NCBI GenBank assembly: GCA_030649165.1
Contig: JAUSGG010000015.1
Location: 29,238-93,237, forward strand
Length of the DNA stretch: 64,000 nt
Direction: 5' to 3'
Origin: Armatimonadota bacterium
GTDB lineage: Bacteria; Armatimonadota; UBA5829; JAUSEB01
Part shown: piece by piece, positions 1 through 7,765 of the stretch
Layout: each line of letters begins with the position of its first letter
Position numbering within the stretch: the first letter of the stretch is position 1
Notes under the pieces: generated by a model
Database searches by the model: none
What the model saw: the letters and a program-made list of their open reading frames with translations, nothing else
What the model was told of the DNA's origin: nothing
Made by a program: the position numbers and the translations under genes

Positions 1-1
1 G

Positions 2-973
2 CTCGATGCAGAACCGTTCAAGGGCAAGTCCCATGCCGAGGTCGCGCGACTGCTGAAGGAAATGGGAATAGACGCCGTCTGCTCCGTTCCGGAAGACCGG
101 GGCCTCATCCGGCAGCTCCATTTGGCCGGCATCAAGGTCTACGCGGAAATGGGCATGTTCGCCGGCAAGCATTGGGAGAGCCACCCCGAAAGCAGGCCGA
201 TAAAGGCGGACGGCCAACCCGGCGGCGAGCCCGAGCCGGGTTACTGCGGCGTATGCCCAAACCAGGATTGGCTCCGGAAGGAAATCCTCGAGAAAGTGTC
301 TCTGAAGTTCCAGCATTACGAGTACGACGGCCTGTGGCTCGACTTCATCCGCTACCCCGGCAAATGGGAACAGAAGAAACCGGCGCTGGAGGACCTCTGC
401 TTCTGCAACGCCTGCCTGGAGAAATTCGCGAAGGCAAAAGATGTCCGCTATCCGGCGAAGCTGAAGACGAACGTGGAAAAGGCGCAGTGGATACTCGCGA
501 ACCACAGGCAAGAGTGGGTGGAGTTCAAGTGTCAATCGGTCACGGATTTCGTCGGGCAGATCAAGGCGACGATAGTCCAGTTGAGTCATGAGGCGATACT
601 CGGCATCTTCAGCGTCCCCTGGACGCGGGAGGATTTCGACGGCGCGATGCTGAACGTCCTCGGCCAGGATATACAGGCGCTTGCGAAACACGTAGACGTG
701 TTCTCACCTATGGTGTATCACGAGATGTGCCACCGGCCTTTGAAGTGGGTCGAAGATCACACTAACTACGTCTGGGAGAACACGGACAGGAGGGTTTGGC
801 CGATCGTGCAGGTGTGCGATGAACCGGTGGTGATGACGGCGGAGGACGTTTTCCGCACGCTGAACGCCGGCTTGGACGCATACGGTAGTTCGGGAGTGAT
901 GATGTTCGCCTTCCGTCACGCGCTCGCCGAGCCGGCGAAGCTGGATGCGCTCAAGGAAGCTTTTCGGAGGTAG
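2..973 (+). CDS. Hypothetical protein, 5'-partial (frame open to window start); possible glycoside-hydrolase-like TIM-barrel family
   Basis: Frame 2 is open from nt 2 with no stop, so the gene starts upstream of the window. The 303-aa listed ORF contains the LWLDFIRYP motif seen in putative glycosidase-like families. The function is not firmly recognised. Confidence 0.5.
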   Translation, partial: LDAEPFKGKSHAEVARLLKEMGIDAVCSVPEDRGLIRQLHLAGIKVYAEMGMFAGKHWESHPESRPIKADGQPGGEPEPGYCGVCPNQDWLRKEILEKVSLKFQHYEYDGLWLDFIRYPGKWEQKKPALEDLCFCNACLEKFAKAKDVRYPAKLKTNVEKAQWILANHRQEWVEFKCQSVTDFVGQIKATIVQLSHEAILGIFSVPWTREDFDGAMLNVLGQDIQALAKHVDVFSPMVYHEMCHRPLKWVEDHTNYVWENTDRRVWPIVQVCDEPVVMTAEDVFRTLNAGLDAYGSSGVMMFAFRHALAEPAKLDALKEAFRR

Positions 974-1026
974 GGGGCCGTAAACGCGATATTTGCGCCG
1001 GTTTCTCTCGAACGGCTCCCGAACGG

Positions 1027-1055
1027 CTTGACAAGCAGGCGGGCGGGATATAGAG
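1027..1055 (+). promoter_or_regulatory. Possible sigma70-like promoter (TTGACA-17-TAGAGT) upstream of the PEP-CTERM gene
   Basis: TTGACA at 1027-1032, 17-nt spacer, TAGAGT (4/6 match to TATAAT). Confidence 0.3.
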
Positions 1056-1294
1056 TGCCCATGAAATCTGCGCGTACCTTTGGCGCACTGGCCGCAAGCG
1101 CCTCGCGGCCTGACAACAGCGACGCGTGAAGTAAGGAATTCGGCCCGACGATAATGCCTGGCCTTGTTACGCTTTTCCTGTCATCCGCGGCACAACCGGT
1201 GAGCCGGTTCCACTGTCATTTCACTGGTTTGTGCGCGGCTCCGCGGAGCGAGCGAAGCGTACGCGGGAAATGCAGCAGGAAAGGAGGTGAGTGA

Positions 1295-1945
1295 TTGAGA
1301 ATTTACGTCTGTGTGATCCTGGCTCTCGCGTTGTCCCTGGGGTTGGTCATCCCTGCCTTCGGGGGCGCGACCGTCACTTCGACCGTATACCAGGTAAGCG
1401 AGTACAGGTATCAGTACTCGTATCACGTGAGCTTATACCCTGAAACAGGCTCCACCATCGATATGGGCCTGTCCCAGTTCGTCGTAGCCACTTGGAACAA
1501 GAACCTGGACAACTACACGAATTGGCAGGCGCCGATGGGATGGTTCGCGTCACTGGTAGCGCTGGGAGGAACTGAGGGCATTCAAAGCGCCCGACACTAC
1601 TCCCCTACCGGGGAAGTGTATCAAGGGGAGATTCTCAACGGCCCGCACCTACTGGTATGGACGGGCCCAAGCGGATTCGGCTCCCTTGATTTCGGGTTTG
1701 AGTCCAATGGCGTCCCTTGGAACATGGGTTGGCGTGCAGACGGATGGGAGACCTTCTGGGTTTACGACCCGGAGCTGCCGCCAATGCAAAGCCAGATTGG
1801 CTTTGGCAGCAGCACTGACTGGTCTGCTCCTGTCAACTGGGGCGCAGGTCCGGTTTACGGACCGGCTCCGGAGCCTGGGGCACTGGTCGTTCTCGGATCG
1901 GGGCTGCTTGCCCTGACCGGAGCGATGTTGAGAAGACGCCGGTAG
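1295..1945 (+). CDS. PEP-CTERM sorting-domain secreted protein
   Basis: TTG start preceded by the strong RBS AAGGAGGTGA. N-terminal signal peptide. C-terminus ...PAPEPGALVVLGSGLLALTGAMLRRRR is the PEP motif plus TM helix plus Arg cluster. Confidence 0.8.
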   Translation: MRIYVCVILALALSLGLVIPAFGGATVTSTVYQVSEYRYQYSYHVSLYPETGSTIDMGLSQFVVATWNKNLDNYTNWQAPMGWFASLVALGGTEGIQSARHYSPTGEVYQGEILNGPHLLVWTGPSGFGSLDFGFESNGVPWNMGWRADGWETFWVYDPELPPMQSQIGFGSSTDWSAPVNWGAGPVYGPAPEPGALVVLGSGLLALTGAMLRRRR

Positions 1946-1975
1946 AGCGTCGAAAAGTTCAACACTCGAAGGAGG

Positions 1976-2009
1976 AGAGGGAGGTAGAAGACCGCTTCCC
2001 TCTTTTTTC
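1976..2009 (+). terminator. Intrinsic terminator after the PEP-CTERM gene
   Basis: Hairpin AGAGGGAGG-tagaagaccg-CTTCCCTCT followed by TTTTTTC. Confidence 0.7.
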
Positions 2010-2024
2010 ACACTCCCTGTCACT

Positions 2025-4025
2025 TCAACTCTCCAGGTTCAGCCAACGCAGCTCTTCAGGCGTCAAGCCCACGTCGAGCGCGAGCATGGATATCCGCATC
2101 TCTTCCATCGTCCGCGGCCCGAACAGCGCGAACGTCGGAAACGGCTGGCAGAGCACGTAAGCCATAGCTATCGTGACCGCCGGAACGCCGCGCCGGGCGG
2201 CCAGTTCCCTGGCGCGGGACAACCGCTGGAAATTGTCGTCGCTGTGCCAGCAGCGAACAAGCTCCGGGTCCGATTGGTCGTCCGGGTTTCCCCAGGCGAA
2301 GAACCCCCGCGCGGCGCTTGACCATGCGAACAGCGGCATTTGGTTCTTCGCGAACCATTCGCGGGAATCGCAGTCCGAAGATGAGAGGCATCCCGTCCAT
2401 ACCGGCTCCATGCACCGAGCAAGGCTGAAGTTGTTGCTTACGGCGGCGAACTCCATCAGTCCGTGTTCGCGAGCGTAGGCGTTCGCGGCCTCCACGCGGT
2501 CGAGTGTCCAGTTCGAGCCGCCGAACGCGCGAATCCGCCCTGCTTTGTGGTGTTCGTTCAGAACGTCCACGAATTCCCCGACCGGCACTTCCAGGTTGTC
2601 GCGATGCATCAAGTAAAGGTCGATATAGTCGGTCTGCAGCCGCTCCAGACTCTCCTGAAGATGTCTGGTCAAATCGTCCGGGTTGCAGTGCGGTGTGTGC
2701 GCGCCCTTACCCAGGATGACCACCTGCTCGCGGACACCTCGGCTCTTAACCCACCGGCCCAGGAGCGAGTCCGCCGGGCCATAAATATGCGCAGTGTCGA
2801 AGCAGTTGCCGCCGCGCGCGAAGAACTCGTCGAACATCAGGAACATGTGCGACGTCACAAACTGGATCCTATCGACTACGGTCCCCATCACGAGGCGCGA
2901 TACCGGCTTGCCGATGTCTTTCACTTCTCCGTACCGCATATTACACTCCGGCCTGATTTCAACCGGACGCGCGTCCACGGTCGGGTAGTCTACATCCGCC
3001 TTCTCCGTATCATAGGTCACACCGACCGCCATACGCCACAGGTCGAGCGTTCGCATATTGCCGAGCGAATCGTCCCAGGTCATCGCGGGCGACGGGGCCT
3101 GTCTCTTGTCTAATGACGCGGCCACCGTGTCGGCCTCTATCGCATAGAGCAAGTCGGTCCCGACGTCCAGCCCTATTTCCTCCGGCTGCTTCTCTTTATA
3201 GCGATGCACAATGATCTTCGGCCCGCCGGTATCTCTCCCGCAGAACCAGGGCGAGGGGACGAAGATGCTTCCCTCCGACCCGTCGATGCGCACGACGCTC
3301 TCCTGACGCACTCCAACGCCGGTCGCCAGTTGGGCGATGATGTCCCCCGGAAACTTGAGCGTCGCCGCCGCGTACTCGTCAACTCCGGTGACTCCTATAT
3401 GCCCGGCCCCTTTCACTTCGATCGGGTCGGCGAAATCATGTCCGATGGCGACTCCCGCGATCAGCCGAGCCATCGAGGCGGTGTAGCATCCTACGTCCAG
3501 AATCCCGCCGCCGCCGAGAGCATTCTTGAACAGACGGCTCTCAGGGGTGAACCCCGCGTCGAAGCTGAACGTCGCGTGGATCATGCGCACTTCGCCGATC
3601 GCCCCGCCGCGGATCAGTTCGACCAGTTTCTCCGTCTGCGGGTGACAGCGATACATGAACGCTTCCATCAGGAAAACGTCGTTTCGGCGCGCGGCCTCGA
3701 CAACGGCCATCGCCTCGGGATAGTTGAGCGTGAGGGGTTTCTCGCAGAGGATGTGCTTCCCCGCGTCGGCGGCTTTCACAGCCCATTCGGCGTGCATCGG
3801 GTGCGGCGTCGAGATGTAAACCGCCTCCACGTCCGGGTCAGCGAGGAGCGCTTCATAGCTGCCGTACCGGCGAGGGATGCCATGCTCCTCGCCGAACTTG
3901 TCCGCTTTGTCCTGCGTTCTGCTGGCAACCGCAGTGACCTGTCCGGTTTTGGACGCGGCGACCCCTTTCGCGAATACGCCTGATATCCGTCCCGTGCTGA
4001 TTATGCCCCACGAAAGCTTGCTCAT
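2025..4025 (-). CDS. Bifunctional oxidoreductase: N-terminal Gfo/Idh/MocA NAD(P)-binding dehydrogenase fused to a C-terminal aldo/keto reductase
   Basis: N-terminal Rossmann GIISTGRISG...EKPL motif of the Gfo/Idh/MocA family. C-terminal half has AKR-like features (GGNCFDTAHIYG..., YIDLYLMH). Start chosen at the internal ATG (MSKLSWGII), which gives an ATGA overlap with the upstream gene stop. Confidence 0.75.
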   Translation of the reverse strand: MSKLSWGIISTGRISGVFAKGVAASKTGQVTAVASRTQDKADKFGEEHGIPRRYGSYEALLADPDVEAVYISTPHPMHAEWAVKAADAGKHILCEKPLTLNYPEAMAVVEAARRNDVFLMEAFMYRCHPQTEKLVELIRGGAIGEVRMIHATFSFDAGFTPESRLFKNALGGGGILDVGCYTASMARLIAGVAIGHDFADPIEVKGAGHIGVTGVDEYAAATLKFPGDIIAQLATGVGVRQESVVRIDGSEGSIFVPSPWFCGRDTGGPKIIVHRYKEKQPEEIGLDVGTDLLYAIEADTVAASLDKRQAPSPAMTWDDSLGNMRTLDLWRMAVGVTYDTEKADVDYPTVDARPVEIRPECNMRYGEVKDIGKPVSRLVMGTVVDRIQFVTSHMFLMFDEFFARGGNCFDTAHIYGPADSLLGRWVKSRGVREQVVILGKGAHTPHCNPDDLTRHLQESLERLQTDYIDLYLMHRDNLEVPVGEFVDVLNEHHKAGRIRAFGGSNWTLDRVEAANAYAREHGLMEFAAVSNNFSLARCMEPVWTGCLSSSDCDSREWFAKNQMPLFAWSSAARGFFAWGNPDDQSDPELVRCWHSDDNFQRLSRARELAARRGVPAVTIAMAYVLCQPFPTFALFGPRTMEEMRISMLALDVGLTPEELRWLNLES

Positions 4026-4429
4026 TGCTGTTCCCGTCCCTCGTCTTCCCGGTTGAATTCCCTGTTGCGCCACACGTCCCAGTCGATCTCTTTTCCGCCC
4101 TCTGAAGCCTGCTTGAGAACGTCCTCGGCTTCCGCCCGTTTCGATGCCGGCACGAGCACAACAATCGGCCGTTCGTGCAGAAGAGTTGCGCGGTAAATGT
4201 GCATCGTATCGGATTGGACGAGAACCGGGATTCCCGCGGACCCGAGGATCGTTTTGATAATGTCCGCCTCGATCACGTCCTGGGCGACCATCAGCGGCGT
4301 CGGTTCATCCCCCGAACTCGACTTCGGAGTTTCTTCCGGCGGAAGAACTCGTTCCAGCGGAACGTCACAGTCGGGACAAACCGCTACCCCCTCGACGTAC
4401 TCGTACCTGCATTTAGGACAAAACGGCAT
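4022..4429 (-). CDS. Zn-ribbon plus DUF2007-like (putative signal-transducing) small protein
   Basis: Start MPFCPKCRYEY...CPDCD gives CxxC-x-CxxC, with RBS AGGAGA upstream. C-terminal region resembles DUF2007. It sits 5 nt downstream of the 758-aa gene. Confidence 0.65.
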   Translation of the reverse strand: MPFCPKCRYEYVEGVAVCPDCDVPLERVLPPEETPKSSSGDEPTPLMVAQDVIEADIIKTILGSAGIPVLVQSDTMHIYRATLLHERPIVVLVPASKRAEAEDVLKQASEGGKEIDWDVWRNREFNREDEGREQQ

Positions 4430-4433
4430 GTTT

Positions 4434-6710
4434 TCATTTCTCCTCATGCACACGAGCCATAACCCGGCCCAACGGCTCGTCGTCCGCCGGCGGCTCCAGC
4501 AGACGAGACAGCGGGCGGTGTTGCGCATAGAACCGCAGCGTATCGACGAAGCGCACCGACCCATCAGGACAGCACCTGCCGAAGCTCAGTTCGCCCTCGT
4601 CGTAATCCCTCGTGTAATCGCGCGACTCAGGATGCTCGTATAAATCGTTCACCTCCCGCCGCTCTTTCACCTTTCCCGTGGAGACCTCCCACCCGGCCAG
4701 CGCGGAGAATATCGTCCCCGTTTTCCTGAACGGCAGGATCCGCTGACGCAGAGCGCGCTCGATAGCGTCCAGATGCCTCGGCTGAACACCCAGCGCCTTG
4801 TCCGCCTGGGCCAACTGCCACGCGCCCTCGGTCGCCAGCTCGCCGTACGCAAGGCTGGACCGGGGATGAGGATATCTCCACCCGCCAAGTGGGTCCTGGT
4901 TATCCGTCAGAAAGTCCGCCACCGCCTGAACGACATCGCGCAGCTTCGGCTCATCCGTCGTGTGTTGGATAAGCTCCGGTAGACCCGAAAGAGCGTAACC
5001 CAGAATATACGGCTTCGCGAATGGGTACAAGCGCCAGGCGCTGTCGTCCTCGATGAACGGGGGATTGGCGTATATCGGCCTGCCGCTTTCAGTAAACAGG
5101 TCTCCTGTCGAAAGAAGGTTTCTAAGCTCGCGAAACAGGCGCAGGGCCTGATCGAGGTAAACGCGTTCTCCCGTGCAGCGATACAGCCTCACGAAATCCA
5201 GAACACAGCCGACGTTGCGCGTGCCGTTGCGGCCCGCGCGCACGTGCTCAGACGTGTACGCGACCTGAGCCTTGAGCGCGTCGAGCATACGGGGATCGCC
5301 CGTGTGTTCGTAGGCCAGCAGAAACGCATAGAAGCCTTTCGTGCAGAAATGCGATTGGCCATTCGTCCGCCACTGGAATGTCCGATCGTCATGCGGCGGC
5401 TTTTTGCCAATAGGAATAACATTGGGATAGCGCGTTCCGCCGGTCTTACCCGGCCCCCACCAAACCGTCAAATCGTGAAAGTTCTCGCACCAGAGCAAAG
5501 CGGCCTTGAGGAGGCGACCGTCACCGGCCCGGTAGGCGTCTTCAAAGATCGGGATGCACAGGTTCAAGCGGTTCATCCCGTTGATCGCCCCATGGTCCGA
5601 CCCGTCGTGGAACATGGTCACGTTGCCCCAATCGTCGCCAAGCGCGGCGCTGCGGCGAATCGCCTCACGATGATACTCCACAATCTCGGCGAGTTCCGGG
5701 TAATCGCACAGATCCAGCGGGCTGCCGATGCCGTACAATTCATCCCACAGCCGAAGGTCCACAGTTACCGCGTGCGGGTATTCGAGCGTTTCCGCAAGTG
5801 GGGCAAGCCCGGCGGGCGCAATTGTGAACTCCGCCTTCCGCCACGCGGCCTGCTGCATCGGGACCTTTTCCTCCACCGTGGAGCGCAGATAGCGGTAGGA
5901 GATTCGTCCGGCCACGGCCCGTTTGATGGTCACCAAGCCCCGGCGCTTGAACTGCGCCGTCGGATGCCGAAGCGCAAAGCGACAATTGTCGAAGAAGGCC
6001 GCGCAGGAAGCGTCGCCCTCGAACTTGTGCGTTATCGCTCTTTGCCCGACCTTGTTAGCTCCATCCTCCGGTTCGAGAACGGCGGAGCTTGCCTCCACGT
6101 CCAGTTTCCACCCGAACGCCGGCGCATACCCGTTTCCTCTCAGATTCCGCTGCAGATGGGCGATCACGGTGACACCGCCCAGGACGTCCGCCCGAACTTC
6201 GATCACGCGAGGCCAACGCGAATCGGGCAGTAGAACCCTTGTCCACGTAAAGTAGCTGTTAGACTCGACGATCTCCGTTTGCGCCGGTTCACAACTCGTC
6301 CGTCTGGGAGCGACGAGGCGCGCGCGGAAGACGGGGCCGTCGCGATAAGTAATACTGACCGCTTCGCCATCCACTACAACGTCCGCCGCGAACGCCAGCC
6401 GCGGTTCCGACGAGCCGGACACAGGCATGAGTTCAAACCTGACCGGCTTCACGCTCTTGAACTCGTACGGAAACGTTACCAGCCCTCTGCGAACGGAGGA
6501 AGGCTTCTCTTCGCCGGGATGGTAAGACAACGGGCGCAGCGCTGCCATAACCCTGCTCCGGCCATCCGAAACCTCCAGGACTTCGCCCTCCCGCACAAAC
6601 CCCTTCGGAAAAGGCAGAGAGTACCGCACCAATTGCCGACCTGACGCAGCCGGAGTAACGGCGACATCAACCGATTCGGTCTTTCTAAGATCACTACTCA
6701 CTTCTCGCAA
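4434..6710 (-). CDS. Hypothetical 758-aa cytoplasmic protein (possible alpha/alpha-toroid hydrolase or lyase-like); TTG or nearby GTG start
   Basis: Long ORF in the operon with no recognised catalytic motif. Start codon uncertain (TTG at 6710 or GTG at 6701). Confidence 0.6.
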   Translation of the reverse strand: MREVSSDLRKTESVDVAVTPAASGRQLVRYSLPFPKGFVREGEVLEVSDGRSRVMAALRPLSYHPGEEKPSSVRRGLVTFPYEFKSVKPVRFELMPVSGSSEPRLAFAADVVVDGEAVSITYRDGPVFRARLVAPRRTSCEPAQTEIVESNSYFTWTRVLLPDSRWPRVIEVRADVLGGVTVIAHLQRNLRGNGYAPAFGWKLDVEASSAVLEPEDGANKVGQRAITHKFEGDASCAAFFDNCRFALRHPTAQFKRRGLVTIKRAVAGRISYRYLRSTVEEKVPMQQAAWRKAEFTIAPAGLAPLAETLEYPHAVTVDLRLWDELYGIGSPLDLCDYPELAEIVEYHREAIRRSAALGDDWGNVTMFHDGSDHGAINGMNRLNLCIPIFEDAYRAGDGRLLKAALLWCENFHDLTVWWGPGKTGGTRYPNVIPIGKKPPHDDRTFQWRTNGQSHFCTKGFYAFLLAYEHTGDPRMLDALKAQVAYTSEHVRAGRNGTRNVGCVLDFVRLYRCTGERVYLDQALRLFRELRNLLSTGDLFTESGRPIYANPPFIEDDSAWRLYPFAKPYILGYALSGLPELIQHTTDEPKLRDVVQAVADFLTDNQDPLGGWRYPHPRSSLAYGELATEGAWQLAQADKALGVQPRHLDAIERALRQRILPFRKTGTIFSALAGWEVSTGKVKERREVNDLYEHPESRDYTRDYDEGELSFGRCCPDGSVRFVDTLRFYAQHRPLSRLLEPPADDEPLGRVMARVHEEK

Positions 6711-6862
6711 CCCTCACAAACCCCATAAACCTCACCACCACGGCAAATCACTCATCATTCTCTTCCATTTCGGTCTTTCGTACTTTCGTGATTTCGGGAT
6801 AAAGGATTTCCTTTCCCGTTTTCCTTGCTTTCCTGTTTTCCTAGTTTCAACACCGTCAGGCG
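6711..6862 (-). promoter_or_regulatory. Purine-rich mRNA leader with at least 5 tandem GGA motifs (RGGAAARC repeats) between the activase stop and the 758-aa gene
   Basis: Minus-strand reading: AGGAAAACAGGAAAGCAAGGAAAACGGGAAAGGAAATCC ... GAAATGGAAGAG. Confidence 0.4.
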
Positions 6863-7765
6863 CTATGAAACGTTCAGTCCATAGATAGAAAGCATTTTCC
6901 TGGCAAACTGGAGATGCTCGTTCGTCGGCTCGGCCGCATCCGCTGCCGGCATTTCGCGTCCGAGCGCTCGCCACTTGACCTCGCCTCGTCGGTGAAACGG
7001 AAGCAGCTCGATGTTCAACCGCCCGATCGAGGAAAGGACCTCGCCAAACGCGCGCACCGTTTTATCGTCGGCGTTGTAACCGGGCACAAGGCAAATCCGA
7101 ACGACCATCGCGCCTTTTTGCTCGTAACGATGTCTAATGTTGTCCAAGGTTACGCGATTTCCCTGACCAGTTATGCGAGCGGCTTGGTCGTCGTCGGGAT
7201 GCTTCAAGTCGATGAATAGCAGATCGATCAGCGGAAACAACTCCGGCAGTCTTGGCTCGGAACCATTGGTTTCAACCGCGGTGTGAATGCTCTGTTCGCG
7301 CAGCCCGGCCAGCAACTCCGCAACCCCATCGAATTGGCACGCCGGCTCTCCCCCGCCGATCGTGACCCCACCCAACTTGCTGTAGAAGGACCGATAGCGA
7401 GCGGCCTTGTCCACAATCGCCTGGACGGACATCAGCCCTCCCGCCAATTCAAATGCGCGGCTGTTGGACTTCAGGCAGGGGAAATCGTCGCAAGAGGCGC
7501 AGACGAGCGTATCCCGGCGGACGCCATCAGGACCAACGCGGACCGCGCCCATCGGACAGGCTTCCGACAGGCGGACTGGTTCGTCCGCGCGACCTGAGTA
7601 GAAAAGGACCTCGGGCCTGTGGGCCATCGACTCCGGCGCGGCGCACCACGGGCAGCACATATTGCAGCCCTTGAGGTAGACGACCATCCGCTGCCCCGGT
7701 CCGTCCACGGCAACGGTGAACCCTGTGTTGAGGACCAGCAGGTTGTGGGCCTGGGTCTCGCTCAT
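6863..7765 (-). CDS. Glycyl-radical enzyme activating protein (radical SAM, PFL-activase family)
   Basis: CX3CX2C motif (GCNMCCPWC). Extra Cys-rich insert (CASCDDFPC). Start MSETQAHNLLVLN overlaps the GRE stop as ATGA. Confidence 0.85.
   Translation of the reverse strand: MSETQAHNLLVLNTGFTVAVDGPGQRMVVYLKGCNMCCPWCAAPESMAHRPEVLFYSGRADEPVRLSEACPMGAVRVGPDGVRRDTLVCASCDDFPCLKSNSRAFELAGGLMSVQAIVDKAARYRSFYSKLGGVTIGGGEPACQFDGVAELLAGLREQSIHTAVETNGSEPRLPELFPLIDLLFIDLKHPDDDQAARITGQGNRVTLDNIRHRYEQKGAMVVRICLVPGYNADDKTVRAFGEVLSSIGRLNIELLPFHRRGEVKWRALGREMPAADAAEPTNEHLQFARKMLSIYGLNVS

Noticed and set aside
172-591. Numerous 60-200-aa ORFs overlapping annotated genes on other frames or strands throughout the window
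   Set aside because: They are Arg/Ala/Pro/Gly-rich frame-shadow ORFs expected at high GC. All are nested in stronger, homology-supported genes.
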